A DNA stretch of 64,000 nucleotides from an uncultured Pelagibacteraceae bacterium (GTDB taxonomy: Bacteria > Pseudomonadota > Alphaproteobacteria > Pelagibacterales > Pelagibacteraceae): positions 5,399 through 69,398 of the forward strand of contig CACOKN010000004.1 of assembly GCA_902627805.1 (NCBI GenBank), read 5' to 3'. A program made the position numbers and the translations under genes. Shown here piece by piece: positions 36,932-50,750 of the stretch. Below the pieces are notes generated by a model. That model did no database searches. It saw only the letters and a program-made list of their open reading frames with translations, and was not told the DNA's origin. How positions within the stretch are numbered: position 1 is the first letter of the stretch; each line of letters begins with the position of its first letter.

Positions 36932-38228
36932 CTTCTAAACCACCCATTGGTGATTTAGCTAACTTTATATTTCCCCCGTGTGATCTGATAATGTCAGAAG
37001 CTATAGATAATCCAAGTCCAACGCTCGATTTTGTTTCAGCTCGACCTTTATCAATTTTGTAAAAAGGTTTGAAAACATTATCATATTCTGTTTCAGGTAT
37101 ACCCGGACCGTTGTCTTCAATTTTAATGAATAAGTTGTTACTACTTTTAGTAATATCTACATTTACTTTTTTTGCATATTTAATTGCATTATCTATAAGA
37201 TTATTAATACATCTTTTGATTAGGTTTTTTCTACCACTTATATAAATTCTAGGTGTAATTTTGGATGATATATTTTCATTTTCATACTTTTTTACTATTT
37301 CATTAACTAATTCGCTTATATTAAATTCCTCATCTTTTTCAAGGTATGACGAGCTGGTAAACTGCAAATATTCATTTAGCATTTTTTCCATTTCGTTAAT
37401 GTCTTCGGATAATTTTTTACTTAATTCCTCATCTTTTATAAATGCTATTTGTAATTTCATTCTTGTTAAAGGAGTTCTTAAGTCGTGACTAATGCCAGAT
37501 AACATTTCCGATCTTTGATTAAGATGTCTTAAAATTCTTTTTCTCATTTTATCAAATTCATAACCAGCTTGTCTGATTTCTGCTGCACCAGATGGTTTAA
37601 ATTCATCAATTTCTTCTCCCCGACCAAATTTTTCAGCTGCTTTTGCAAGATTAGTTATTGGTCTAGTTTGATTTTTTAAAAAAATTAATGAAATTAAAAT
37701 CATTATGATTGCAGGAACTGTTATCCAAAGTGCAAAGATACGAGCCGAGGAAGTCGTCACTCTATCTCTTGGAACTAAAAATTTAAAATAGCCAGACTGA
37801 TATTTTATTCTAATATCAATTAACTCTTTATATGAAGTTGTATCAAACCAATAATTTCCATTCCCAAATTTTGACTTGAGTTCTCTTCTTAAAGTCCTAT
37901 CTATCGGGCTAAACCATCTTTCATCAAAAGTATGGATAAAATCTTTCTTCTCTACAAAATCTATATTCAAGTCTTGGTAAACTGAAAAAACATTTTTTAT
38001 TTCATCTTTTTTATAAATTTCATCAGAATAAACTTCAATGAAAGTATTAATTTCATTTACTAAAGCTTTAGTCATACCCTTGTTAGTTTTGATCCATAGG
38101 CTATCAAAAAAAACAATAGTAATTACCAATTGTAAAACTATGACTGGAACAGCAACAATTAGTAAAGCTCTGTAAAATAATCTCTTTGGAAGTATATCTT
38201 TAAAGAATTTACTCAATCCATAGAACAT
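36909..38228 (-). CDS. EnvZ-like sensor histidine kinase
   Basis: Two TM helices, a HAMP-like segment, H-box SGISHDLRTPLTRM, N-box NLIDNAIKY and G-boxes DNGPGIP / GLGLSI. Start chosen at the internal ATG (MFYGLSKFFKDILPKRLF); the track ORF extends to 38282. Confidence 0.8.
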   Translation of the reverse strand: MFYGLSKFFKDILPKRLFYRALLIVAVPVIVLQLVITIVFFDSLWIKTNKGMTKALVNEINTFIEVYSDEIYKKDEIKNVFSVYQDLNIDFVEKKDFIHTFDERWFSPIDRTLRRELKSKFGNGNYWFDTTSYKELIDIRIKYQSGYFKFLVPRDRVTTSSARIFALWITVPAIIMILISLIFLKNQTRPITNLAKAAEKFGRGEEIDEFKPSGAAEIRQAGYEFDKMRKRILRHLNQRSEMLSGISHDLRTPLTRMKLQIAFIKDEELSKKLSEDINEMEKMLNEYLQFTSSSYLEKDEEFNISELVNEIVKKYENENISSKITPRIYISGRKNLIKRCINNLIDNAIKYAKKVNVDITKSSNNLFIKIEDNGPGIPETEYDNVFKPFYKIDKGRAETKSSVGLGLSIASDIIRSHGGNIKLAKSPMGGLEAKIFLPF

Positions 38229-38886
38229 ATCCAGCTCCTCTAATTGTTTGTAAAAACTTAGGATTTTTTGGATCAATTTCAATTTTTTTTCTAAGTCTTG
38301 TGATTATAACATCTATTGATCTCTCTTTATCAAGTTCAGTTAGAATACCAATATCTTCACGTGAAAAAGTTTTACCAGGATTATTAATCATTTTTTCTAA
38401 AATCTTTTTCTCTGTGTTGTTAATTTTGTATTCTGTATTTTTCTTGATTATTAGTTGTTTATTCAAATCAATTTTAATATTTTCAAATTGTATTACACGT
38501 TTTTGATCACTTTTTTTTGTTTTTCGAATTATATTTTGAATTCTCAATATTAACTCCTTAGGTTCGAAAGGTTTTGGAAGATAGTCATCAGCACCAACTT
38601 CTAAACCCTCAACTCTTTCATTCGCCTCACCCTTTGCAGTTAATAAAATCACAGGAGTATCTAATTTTTTGTGATTTTCTTTAATAAACTCTAAACCACT
38701 TTTTCCAGGCATCATAATATCTAGTATGATTAGGTCAAATTTGATTATTTGTATTTTTTCAAAAGCATCTTCTGCGCTATTAGAAGTTGTAACAAGGTAA
38801 TTATTTTCATTTAAATATTTTTTAACAAGAGTTCTGATACCTTCATCATCATCAACAACTAAAATATGAGCTACAAAATTATCCAT
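38209..38886 (-). CDS. OmpR-family response regulator
   Basis: 225 aa. Receiver domain (VVDDDE, DLIILDIMMPG, LTAKG) plus a winged-helix C-terminus (LQTIRGAGYVL). Confidence 0.85.
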   Translation of the reverse strand: MDNFVAHILVVDDDEGIRTLVKKYLNENNYLVTTSNSAEDAFEKIQIIKFDLIILDIMMPGKSGLEFIKENHKKLDTPVILLTAKGEANERVEGLEVGADDYLPKPFEPKELILRIQNIIRKTKKSDQKRVIQFENIKIDLNKQLIIKKNTEYKINNTEKKILEKMINNPGKTFSREDIGILTELDKERSIDVIITRLRKKIEIDPKNPKFLQTIRGAGYVLWIE

Positions 38887-39316
38887 TAATTATTTTTTTT
38901 AAAACGTTATCAAAGTTAATGACCTCTTCTGAGCTTGAGTTAAGTAACGCGCTATGAATTCTTTTTTTTTGAATTTCAAAAATTTCATTAAATATTTTTT
39001 TTCCTTTATCATTAAGAAATACATGTTTTATTCTTGTATCCTGCTCGTCTTTTTTAAAAATTATTATGTCTAGTTTAATTAGATCTTTTAAAACTCTATT
39101 AAGGCTTTGCTTGGTTACTTTTAGTCTTTTGAGCAATTCTGAAATAGTTATCCCTTCATACATGGATAACAAATGAATGACTTTTTGGTGTGCTAGGCCA
39201 ATTTTATACTTATTTAATATTTTTTTTGAGTCTGAAAATGTTTCTCTGTAACCTATAAAAAGCTTTTCGATCAAATCTTTCAATTGATCATCTTTTAGAT
39301 ATAAAAGTTGTTTCAT
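38879..39316 (-). CDS. MarR-family transcriptional regulator
   Basis: 145 aa. Winged-HTH region ITISELLKRLKVTKQSLNRVLKDL. Overlaps the response regulator start by 8 nt. Confidence 0.7.
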   Translation of the reverse strand: MKQLLYLKDDQLKDLIEKLFIGYRETFSDSKKILNKYKIGLAHQKVIHLLSMYEGITISELLKRLKVTKQSLNRVLKDLIKLDIIIFKKDEQDTRIKHVFLNDKGKKIFNEIFEIQKKRIHSALLNSSSEEVINFDNVLKKIING

Positions 39317-39387
39317 TATTGGTAAGTTATATTGACATATTACAGATACAAAGATATTTTTTCAGTAAGAATTTTTTTTATTTCATA

Positions 39388-40269
39388 ATGATACCCTATG
39401 ATAAAAGATCGGGAAAAATATGGTACAATGGCGAATTAGTCGATTGGTCTGATGTTAAGGTTCATGTTCTTAGCCATGGATTACATTATGCGAGCTGTGT
39501 TTTTGAAGGAGAACGTGTGTATGATGGTTCGATTTTCAAATTAGAAGAACATACTTCAAGATTATTTTACTCAGCAAAGAGAATGGGAATTGAAATACCA
39601 TATAGCGAAGATGAAATTAATAAAGCGAGCAATAAAATAATTTCTACTCAAAAAGTAGAGAATGGATATGTTAGACCCGTAGTTTGGAGAGGCAGTGAAA
39701 TGATGGCTATTTCAGCTCAGCAAACAAAAATTCATGTAGCAATTGCAACTTGGGAGTGGGGTTCATATTTTGATCCTAAACTTAAGGTTGAAGGTATCAA
39801 ATTAAATATTTCAAACTGGCGAAGACCCGCCCCTAATACTATTCCTTGGGACACAAAAGCTTCTGGATTGTATATGATTTGTACCCTTTCAAAACACGAA
39901 GCCGAAAAACAAGGTTATACAGATTCACTTATGTTAGATCATGAGGATAATATTGCAGAGGCGACTGGGGCAAATATTTTTTTCAAAGATAAAAATGGTG
40001 AGCTACACACTCCAATACCAGATTCTTTTTTAGATGGAATTACTAGAAGAACTGTAATTCAAATTGCAAAATCAAAAAATATCAAAGTACACGAAAGAAA
40101 AATAAAACCAGAAGAATTAAAAGATTTTGATGGATGTTTTTTAACAGGAACTGCAGCTGAAGTAACGCCTGTATCTACTATTGCAGATTATCAATTTAAA
40201 GTTTGCGATTTGATAATTGATTTAAATGAGAGTTATTTAGCTTTGGTTAAAAAGAAAAAAGCTGCCTAA
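39388..40269 (+). CDS. ilvE: branched-chain amino acid aminotransferase
   Basis: Class IV aminotransferase: HGLHYASCVFEGERVY, GANIFF and FLTGTAAEVTPV. ATG 39388 is chosen over the track start 39319. Confidence 0.9.
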   Translation: MIPYDKRSGKIWYNGELVDWSDVKVHVLSHGLHYASCVFEGERVYDGSIFKLEEHTSRLFYSAKRMGIEIPYSEDEINKASNKIISTQKVENGYVRPVVWRGSEMMAISAQQTKIHVAIATWEWGSYFDPKLKVEGIKLNISNWRRPAPNTIPWDTKASGLYMICTLSKHEAEKQGYTDSLMLDHEDNIAEATGANIFFKDKNGELHTPIPDSFLDGITRRTVIQIAKSKNIKVHERKIKPEELKDFDGCFLTGTAAEVTPVSTIADYQFKVCDLIIDLNESYLALVKKKKAA

Positions 40270-40850
40270 TCTTTACTGTCCTCTGATATAGCGTGGTCTA
40301 TTCCTTTACGTATATACTCATAACCCGTGAATAGAGTCAAAGCTGCTGATAGCCATAATAAAATTATGCCAATTGTTTGAGCATTGTAATCTTGAAAATT
40401 AATAATTTTATTTCCCGTATCTCCAGAAAGCAAAAGAGCAATTGAGACCATTTGTAAAACTGTTTTTAGCTTTGCTAGATTAGAGACAGGAAGTTTAATC
40501 TTACCTTTTGCTAAAAATTCCCTAAGACCAGATATTAATATTTCTCTTGTTAAAATTATAATTGCAGCAATAACCTCATAATTTTTAATTGTGCCATCCA
40601 TAACTAATAAAATTAGTGCTGCAGCCACAATAATTTTATCTGCTATTGGATCTAATAACTCTCCTAATTTAGACTCCTCTCCAAGTAGTCTTGCCAACAT
40701 TCCATCTAAAAAATCTGTAAACGACGCAATAATGAACAATACTAAAGCAGTTAGATCTCCATAAAATCCAGGTAAATAAAAAGCTAAAACAAAAAAGGGT
40801 ACAATTAAAATTCTACCGACAGTCAATATGTTGGGTATTTTTCTAAGCAT
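40266..40850 (-). CDS. pgsA: CDP-diacylglycerol--glycerol-3-phosphate 3-phosphatidyltransferase
   Basis: 194 aa. DFLDGMLAR...G...DPIADK CDP-alcohol phosphatidyltransferase motif. Confidence 0.85.
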   Translation of the reverse strand: MLRKIPNILTVGRILIVPFFVLAFYLPGFYGDLTALVLFIIASFTDFLDGMLARLLGEESKLGELLDPIADKIIVAAALILLVMDGTIKNYEVIAAIIILTREILISGLREFLAKGKIKLPVSNLAKLKTVLQMVSIALLLSGDTGNKIINFQDYNAQTIGIILLWLSAALTLFTGYEYIRKGIDHAISEDSKD

Positions 40851-40855
40851 AATAT

Positions 40856-42691
40856 TTACTCGTGAAAGAAATTATATATTTTTTTTGCAACTTTTGTTTC
40901 CACACCTTCAACTGATTTAATTTCATCGAGGCTAGCAGATTCCACAGCTTTTGCAGACCCAAAATGGTTCAATAGCGCTCTTTTTCTGATCGCACCTATT
41001 CCTTCAATTTGATCTAGCATAGATTTAGAAATACCTTTTTTTCTTTTTGCTCTATGTGCACTTATTGCAAATCTATGGGCCTCATCACGTATTCTTTGTA
41101 GAAAAAATAGAGTAGGGTCATTTTTCATAAATTTATACTCTCTTCCGTTATGAAAAAAAGTCTCATTACCACTATTTCTAAATTTACCCTTAGCAATAGC
41201 TACAACTGGTATTTCATTTAATCCTAGCTCATTAAGTGTTTCTCTAGCGGATGAGTATTGTCCTTTACCGCCATCAATTAAAACTAGATCTGGAAAATTT
41301 AAGTAATTACCTTTTTCTTGAATAGCTCTTTTAAATCTTCTTCCCAAAACTTCTCTAATCATACCATAATCATCTTGTTTAAAATCTTCATTTTTAATAT
41401 TAAATTTTCTATATCTCTTTTTTACAAAACCCTCATCTCCATAAGTAATCAAAGCCCCAACACTATTTGTGCCTTGAATATGACTATTGTCATAGACTTC
41501 GATTAGATTAATAGGATTTTCAATATTAAATTTTTTTGCTATCTTATCTAGTAATTCTTTATTATTTTGATTTTCATAAAGATTTCTATTTAAGCTATTT
41601 TTAGCATTTTTAATCGCTAAGTTTATTACTTTTAACTTCGAACCTTTTTTTGCAATAGAAATATTTACTTGTTTATTCTCTTTTTTAGATAAGGTTTGTT
41701 CTATAAGTTTTTTTTCTTTAATTTCCTCGCTAAGTATAATTGATCTTGGAACTGCTTTATTTTCATAAAATTGAGATACAAACGAATTTAAAACATTATT
41801 TAATTTTTCGTCAGGGTCATGTTTTGGAAAAAAAGCTTGATTTCCCCAATTTTGTTTAGATCTATAAAAAAATACTTGAATACAAGTTTTTCCAGACTCT
41901 TTATAACCAGCTATTACATCTGCTTCATTAAGATTTACATCGCTTATAGTCAAAGAAGACTGTATTATATTTAAAGATTTTATTTTATCTCTCACTATAG
42001 CTGCTTTTTCAAAGTCTAATACCTCACTTGCATTTTCCATTTGGGTTGAAAGTGTTTGCTGGATTTTTCGAGATCTACCCTTACTTAAAAATTCATCAGC
42101 TGCTTCTACAAGTTTTGAATAATCTTCTTTATTGATTTTACCTCCACAAGGACCAGCACATCTTTTTAAAAAATAATTAAAGCAAGTCTTATCACCTGCC
42201 TCAACTTGTTTATCTGTACAAGATCTAAGTAAAAAGATTCTTTGGAGAGTTTTAATTGCACTATTAACTGCAAGAGAACTTGCAAATGGTCCATAATATT
42301 TTCCAGATTTATTTTTTGCTCCTCTGTGTCTTTCGATGCGTGGAAATTCATGTTTTGAGATAAATATGTATGGAAAGGATTTATCATCTTTAAGTAATAT
42401 ATTAAATTTGGGCTTATGTTTTTTGATTAGATTAGCTTCTAATAGTAACGCCTCGCTTTCATTTGTGGTTGTTGTAATTTCCAATCTAATTGTTTGAGAA
42501 AGCATTCTTTCAGTTCTAATTATGTGATTTTTTTCAGAAACATAACTTTTTAATCTATTTGGAAGGTTTTTGGCTTTTCCAACATATAAAATCTCATTTT
42601 TAGAATTTAACATTCTATAAACACCGGGTAGTTTAGGTATTAAAGGTAATTCTTTTTTAATTACTTCTTTTCCAATTTCAGGACTTAGCAT
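40856..42691 (-). CDS. uvrC: excinuclease ABC subunit C
   Basis: 611 aa. GIY-YIG (PGVYRMLN...[10 protein letters not shown]), a UVR domain and a C-terminal HhH. Confidence 0.9.
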   Translation of the reverse strand: MLSPEIGKEVIKKELPLIPKLPGVYRMLNSKNEILYVGKAKNLPNRLKSYVSEKNHIIRTERMLSQTIRLEITTTTNESEALLLEANLIKKHKPKFNILLKDDKSFPYIFISKHEFPRIERHRGAKNKSGKYYGPFASSLAVNSAIKTLQRIFLLRSCTDKQVEAGDKTCFNYFLKRCAGPCGGKINKEDYSKLVEAADEFLSKGRSRKIQQTLSTQMENASEVLDFEKAAIVRDKIKSLNIIQSSLTISDVNLNEADVIAGYKESGKTCIQVFFYRSKQNWGNQAFFPKHDPDEKLNNVLNSFVSQFYENKAVPRSIILSEEIKEKKLIEQTLSKKENKQVNISIAKKGSKLKVINLAIKNAKNSLNRNLYENQNNKELLDKIAKKFNIENPINLIEVYDNSHIQGTNSVGALITYGDEGFVKKRYRKFNIKNEDFKQDDYGMIREVLGRRFKRAIQEKGNYLNFPDLVLIDGGKGQYSSARETLNELGLNEIPVVAIAKGKFRNSGNETFFHNGREYKFMKNDPTLFFLQRIRDEAHRFAISAHRAKRKKGISKSMLDQIEGIGAIRKRALLNHFGSAKAVESASLDEIKSVEGVETKVAKKIYNFFHE

Positions 42692-43103
42692 GGCTTCTCA
42701 TTTTAGAAATTTGTATTCCAACAGATGAGCAATCTTTTAAAATCTCTAATTTTTCAATTTTAAGCATAATTTTTGCAATTCTTTTATCTTTAAATAATTC
42801 ATCAAAAACTGCTTCTGCTAAAGTTTCTAAAAAATTATAATGCTTTTTTTTAACAAGTTTCTTAATCAATTTTACGATAGTTCCATAATTCACAATTGAT
42901 TTTAAATCTTTATCATTCGAGGGCTTTTTGTCTTGATAATCTATTTCTAAACTAAATTTTACTTTTTGGGATTTTTCTTTCTCAAAATCATAATACCCAA
43001 GCTTTAAATCCAAAATTAATTCATTAATAAGAATTTTTTTCTCATAATTAAAAAGACTTTTATTTTTGTCTATTTTAACAATCTTCAAATTATTTTTTTT
43101 CAT
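42678..43103 (-). CDS. folB: dihydroneopterin aldolase (FolB-like)
   Basis: 141 aa. [29 protein letters not shown] and FLETLAEAV follow the FolB pattern. Confidence 0.55.
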   Translation of the reverse strand: MKKNNLKIVKIDKNKSLFNYEKKILINELILDLKLGYYDFEKEKSQKVKFSLEIDYQDKKPSNDKDLKSIVNYGTIVKLIKKLVKKKHYNFLETLAEAVFDELFKDKRIAKIMLKIEKLEILKDCSSVGIQISKMRSHAKS

Positions 43104-43833
43104 TCTTTTCCTAAAACATCTGGTGTTTGCCAGTTCAAACTTTGACCACTATCAATAGCCAAAACTTGACCAGTAATAGAACCATTTTTTATGAAGAAGT
43201 CAACAGCATTACATACTTCAATAACATTGACTTGCTTCTGGAGGGGAGTAGCTAAAAATTGTTTTTTAAAATGATTATCTGATTGTCTTTTATTTTTAAT
43301 TGTTGGTCCAGGAGCTATTCCATTTACTCTAATTTTTGGTGCAAGACTCATTGCGCTAGTTTTAGTCAATGTGTATAATCCTGTCTTGCTAATGGTATAA
43401 GAAAAGAAATAAGGAGTTAATTTGAATACTCTCTGATCTATTATATTAATTATATTGTTTTTCCTCCCTTTTATATATTTTGAAAATTCTTTGGACAAAA
43501 GAGCTGGAGCTCTAAGATTTGTTGAAAGGTGTTTCTCCCAACTTTTTGAATTAAAATTCTCTAACTTATCATTTTCGAATAATGAGGCATTATTTATTAA
43601 ACAATCAAAAAATTTCATTTTTGATTTTGAAAATTTGATAATTTTAAAAATATCTTTTTCTTTACTTAAATCACCCTTTACCAAATAAACTTTTGTCCCA
43701 AAATTTTGTAATTTTCTTTTTAGAGCCTCAGCTTTAAATTTCGATTTATTGAAATGAATAGTAATCTCAATATTTTTACCAGAAAGTCTCTCGGCTATTG
43801 CTGCGCCAATTCTAGTTGCACCCCCAGTAATTA

Positions 43834-43852
<19 letters not shown>
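43100..43852 (-). CDS. short-chain dehydrogenase/reductase, FolM/pteridine-reductase-like
   Basis: 250 aa. [17 protein letters not shown] and YTISKTGL motifs. Overlaps folB by 4 nt. Confidence 0.65.
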
Positions 43853-47235
<3,383 letters not shown>

Positions 47236-48183
47236 TTATTTTTGTCTTAAAATCTTTTTTGCTGGAATTGTTTTTTTTATCCAAGAATTAGGAATTGAAT
47301 TTAACCCTTTTAATGCAGCGAAGTATGCTCCAGTGAAATTTGCTCTAGAACAATTGCATCCACCTGCCTTTATTGTTTTTAATATAGCTTCTTTGTAATT
47401 TCTGGAATTAATTATTGTATATATTGAACTATTAAAAGTTCCTGGATAACTACATGCCATACCAAGCTTTTTAATAGTGATAGAATGAAATTTTGAATTT
47501 AATCTTCTTATTTTTTTAATGTCATTAACAATAACTTTAAATGATGTGTTTTTTTTAAATCTTTTAATAAACTCATGAACTGGATCTTTGGCTCCTTTAA
47601 GAGCAAAATCAATTATATAAAATTTAGCTAATGCATATTTTAAACTAATTTTTGAAGCAGTCACAATTCTTATGATTTTTTCTAGACTTTTAAAATCATA
47701 ACCATAAAGAAAGTATGGAAGTGCAGCACAAAAACCATCAGATTCATTAACTTTTACTCCACCTGAAATTTTCTTATTTAATTTAATATTGTTTACAGTT
47801 TCTATAATATTTTGGTGTATCCATGGTCCTTTTATCATACCACGCCAATCTTTTACTTTTTTATATTTTGATCTAAGATTTAAATTTTTCCAATATTTGC
47901 TTCCAGGACCAAAATTCTTCAGAATATTCTTTTTAAATTCTTTCTCTATATCTTCATAATTTTCTAGAAGTGTTTGAAACATAACTTGTCCAATTTCATT
48001 ATAACCTGAGACTTTTCCAGTTTTTATATTGTAGAAAGGACTTTTATTTTTTTTTAAAAAAGTAAAGTCTTTTTTACCTTTAATATAGGAATTAAGCTTT
48101 TTTTGATTGTATACCCAATGTAAAGGTCTTGCTGCTGCATCAGCAACTGTTGCTCCTAAAAATACATGAAGGTTATTTTTCAC
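47236..48183 (-). CDS. ADP-ribosylglycohydrolase-fold (crystallin J1-like) protein, divergent
   Basis: 315 aa. N-terminal GATVADAAARPLHWVY and C-terminal GGCNCSRANFTGAYFAALKGLNSIP parallel the ARH G.DA.G and GGD.DT.AAI.GAL.GA...IP motifs. The assignment is from memory. Confidence 0.4.
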   Translation of the reverse strand: MKNNLHVFLGATVADAAARPLHWVYNQKKLNSYIKGKKDFTFLKKNKSPFYNIKTGKVSGYNEIGQVMFQTLLENYEDIEKEFKKNILKNFGPGSKYWKNLNLRSKYKKVKDWRGMIKGPWIHQNIIETVNNIKLNKKISGGVKVNESDGFCAALPYFLYGYDFKSLEKIIRIVTASKISLKYALAKFYIIDFALKGAKDPVHEFIKRFKKNTSFKVIVNDIKKIRRLNSKFHSITIKKLGMACSYPGTFNSSIYTIINSRNYKEAILKTIKAGGCNCSRANFTGAYFAALKGLNSIPNSWIKKTIPAKKILRQK

Positions 48184-48184
48184 T

Positions 48185-49129
48185 TTAATGTGATAAAAAC
48201 TTTTCAGCCTCTAGTGCTGCCATACAACCCATACCAGCAGCAGTCACTGCCTGTCTAAATGTTTTATCTTTTACATCACCAGCCGCATAAACACCTGGTA
48301 CATTAGTCTCCGTTGAATCTGGTTTTGTTATTAAATACCCCTCTTTATCCATACTTAGCTGATTTTTAAATAATTGCGTAGCTGGATCATGTCCTATTGC
48401 AATGAAAACACCATCTAACTTTATTTCGTTAATTTTATTTGTTTTGACATTTTTAATTTTAATTCCTTTGACATTTTTTGGGTCTTTATCGCCAATAACG
48501 TCTTCAACAACACTATCCCAAATAATTTCAATTTTTTTATTCTCCATAAGTTTTTTTTGAAGCATTTTTTCAGCTCTTAAATTATTTCTTCTGTGAATTA
48601 ATTTTACTTTTGATGCAAATTTCGTAAGAAACATCGCTTCCTCAACAGCTGCATTACCTCCTCCAACAACTGCAACTTCTTTGTCTTTAAAGAAAAAACC
48701 ATCACATGTTGCACATGCGGATACTCCAAAACCTCTGAACTCTTGTTCTGATTTTAAATTTAACCATCTTGCTTGTGCACCTGTTGAAATTATAATGCTA
48801 TCAGCAGTGTACTTTTGACCAGTATCCCCAATGGCTTCAAACGGTGTTTTTTTTAAATCTACTGAACTTATGTGATCTTCGATCATTTCTGTTCCAACTG
48901 CTTTTGCTTGCTCTTTCATTTGATCCATAAGCCAGGGACCCTGAATAACATCAGCAAACCCTGGAAAATTTTCAACATCTGTTGTTGTAGTTAATTGTCC
49001 ACCTGGCTCTGAACCATAAACTAAAATTGGATTTAACATTGCTCTTGCTGCGTAAACAGCTGCTGTGTATCCAGCTGGACCAGACCCAATTATTAACACT
49101 TTTGTGTGTTTAGTTGGATTTTGACTCAT
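48185..49129 (-). CDS. trxB: thioredoxin-disulfide reductase
   Basis: 314 aa. IIGSGPAGYTAA, redox site CATCDG and GGGNAAVEEA. Confidence 0.9.
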   Translation of the reverse strand: MSQNPTKHTKVLIIGSGPAGYTAAVYAARAMLNPILVYGSEPGGQLTTTTDVENFPGFADVIQGPWLMDQMKEQAKAVGTEMIEDHISSVDLKKTPFEAIGDTGQKYTADSIIISTGAQARWLNLKSEQEFRGFGVSACATCDGFFFKDKEVAVVGGGNAAVEEAMFLTKFASKVKLIHRRNNLRAEKMLQKKLMENKKIEIIWDSVVEDVIGDKDPKNVKGIKIKNVKTNKINEIKLDGVFIAIGHDPATQLFKNQLSMDKEGYLITKPDSTETNVPGVYAAGDVKDKTFRQAVTAAGMGCMAALEAEKFLSH

Positions 49130-49150
49130 ATGAAAGCTATATAGTGATTA

Positions 49151-50101
49151 ATGACTAAATTAAAAGGTTTATTATTGACCGAGGGCATGCATGGTATGAT
49201 TAGCCAAGTAGAAGGACTTGCCAAAGCTCTAGGATTAGATTTTATACACGAGAGAATTGAACTAAATAATTTCTGGAGAATCCTTCCTCCAAAAATTACA
49301 CCAATAAAAAGGTTTGTTTTTAAAAATGATATTTTGGAAAAGTTTAATATTGTAATCTCTTGTGGCAGAAAAAGTGTAATTCCCTCAATTTTCTTAAAAA
49401 AAAAGTTTGGAAATAAAATTATGAATATTCATATCCAAGATCCTAAGGTATCTTTACATAATTTCGATTTTGTTATTGCTCCAGAACACGATGACTTAAA
49501 AGGTGAAAATGTATTATCAACTAAAGGGGCTATTCACTATCTTAGAGAAAGTGAACTAAGTGAAAATTTGAATTACTTAAAACCAAAAATTAAAAAAGAG
49601 AAAGTAGTTGTGTTTGTTGTAGGTGGTCCAAATAAATATTATAATTTTAGTGATGACTTAATTGAGAAAATTTTCTATAAAATTAAAAAAAATTTTCTTG
49701 AAAGTGGCCACCAACTAATTTTTATCCCCTCAATGAGAACCCCTCAAAGAATTATTGATAAGGCTAGAGACTTTTATAATGGTGATCAAATTATTATTTC
49801 AGAGGTTGATAAAAGAGCTTATTTATCATCACTTAAGTTAGCAGACCATATAGTAGTGACTTGCGACTCAACGTCTATGATATCTGAGGCTGCAATAACA
49901 GGTAAACCTATTTATGTAGCTGATATGCCAGCTATCAAGAACAATTATCGCTTCAAAAAATTTTTTGAGTTGTTTAAATCTTTAGGTATTATAAGAAATT
50001 TAGATTCTTCTGTTGAGACCTGGAATTATAAAAAACTTAATGAAACTGATAGAATAGCAGGTTATATAGAAAAAAAATTTAAAGATTATGACTTTTCTTA
50101 A
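49151..50101 (+). CDS. ELM1/DUF1022-family protein (predicted glycosyltransferase-like fold)
   Basis: 316 aa. The overall pattern (N-terminal L.TEGMHGMISQVEGLAKALGL, central VGGPNK, C-terminal VTCDSTSMISEAAITGKPIYV) resembles the mitochondrial-fission ELM1 family. The assignment is from memory. Confidence 0.45.
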   Translation: MTKLKGLLLTEGMHGMISQVEGLAKALGLDFIHERIELNNFWRILPPKITPIKRFVFKNDILEKFNIVISCGRKSVIPSIFLKKKFGNKIMNIHIQDPKVSLHNFDFVIAPEHDDLKGENVLSTKGAIHYLRESELSENLNYLKPKIKKEKVVVFVVGGPNKYYNFSDDLIEKIFYKIKKNFLESGHQLIFIPSMRTPQRIIDKARDFYNGDQIIISEVDKRAYLSSLKLADHIVVTCDSTSMISEAAITGKPIYVADMPAIKNNYRFKKFFELFKSLGIIRNLDSSVETWNYKKLNETDRIAGYIEKKFKDYDFS

Positions 50102-50750
50102 TTCAATTTTAAACAGCTCAAAAAAATATGAATCTCCTTTTAATCATTGGGAATACAAAAATGCCTTAAGCGATGAAGCAATTAAAGAAATTGAAAATGC
50201 AGACATCCCGGACATCAGCCAACACAATCTTAATTATGATGGAACAAGAGCTATTGATGGCGGTGCAGCAGAATTTAGAGAAGGAATAGCATCTGGAGGA
50301 AAGGCAATGAAGTTTAGATGTTTTGTCACAAAAGAAAATGCTTCACAATTTCCAAATTTGGTAAAATTTATTAGCGAGCTTCAATCAAAGGTAACTTGTA
50401 ATGCGATTTCAAAAATGATTGATAAAGATTTATCTAATTCATACGTAAGAGTTGAAATTATATGTGATCGTGAAGGTTTTTGGCTTAAACCGCATTGCGA
50501 TATTAAAGAAAAATTAATGTCAGGTTTGATTTTTGTTAATAATGCAAAAGAGTCGGAGGATCTAGGCACTGATTTTTATAATGAAAAATTAGAAAAAGTT
50601 AAAACAGTTCCTTACAAACATAATTATGGATATTTATTCACTAGCGGGCCTAATACTTGGCATGGTATGGAAAAAAAGAAGATTATTAAGGAAAGAAGAT
50701 GTATTCAGGTAAATTATGTCACTTTCCCCACTGATTGGAAAGTTGAGTAA
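50088..50750 (+). CDS. putative 2OG-Fe(II) oxygenase superfamily protein
   Basis: 220 aa. Candidate facial triad H-x-D (KPHCDIK) and distal His (NTWHGM), plus Arg (ERRCIQV). Overlaps the upstream gene by 14 nt. Confidence 0.35.
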   Translation: MTFLNSILNSSKKYESPFNHWEYKNALSDEAIKEIENADIPDISQHNLNYDGTRAIDGGAAEFREGIASGGKAMKFRCFVTKENASQFPNLVKFISELQSKVTCNAISKMIDKDLSNSYVRVEIICDREGFWLKPHCDIKEKLMSGLIFVNNAKESEDLGTDFYNEKLEKVKTVPYKHNYGYLFTSGPNTWHGMEKKKIIKERRCIQVNYVTFPTDWKVE

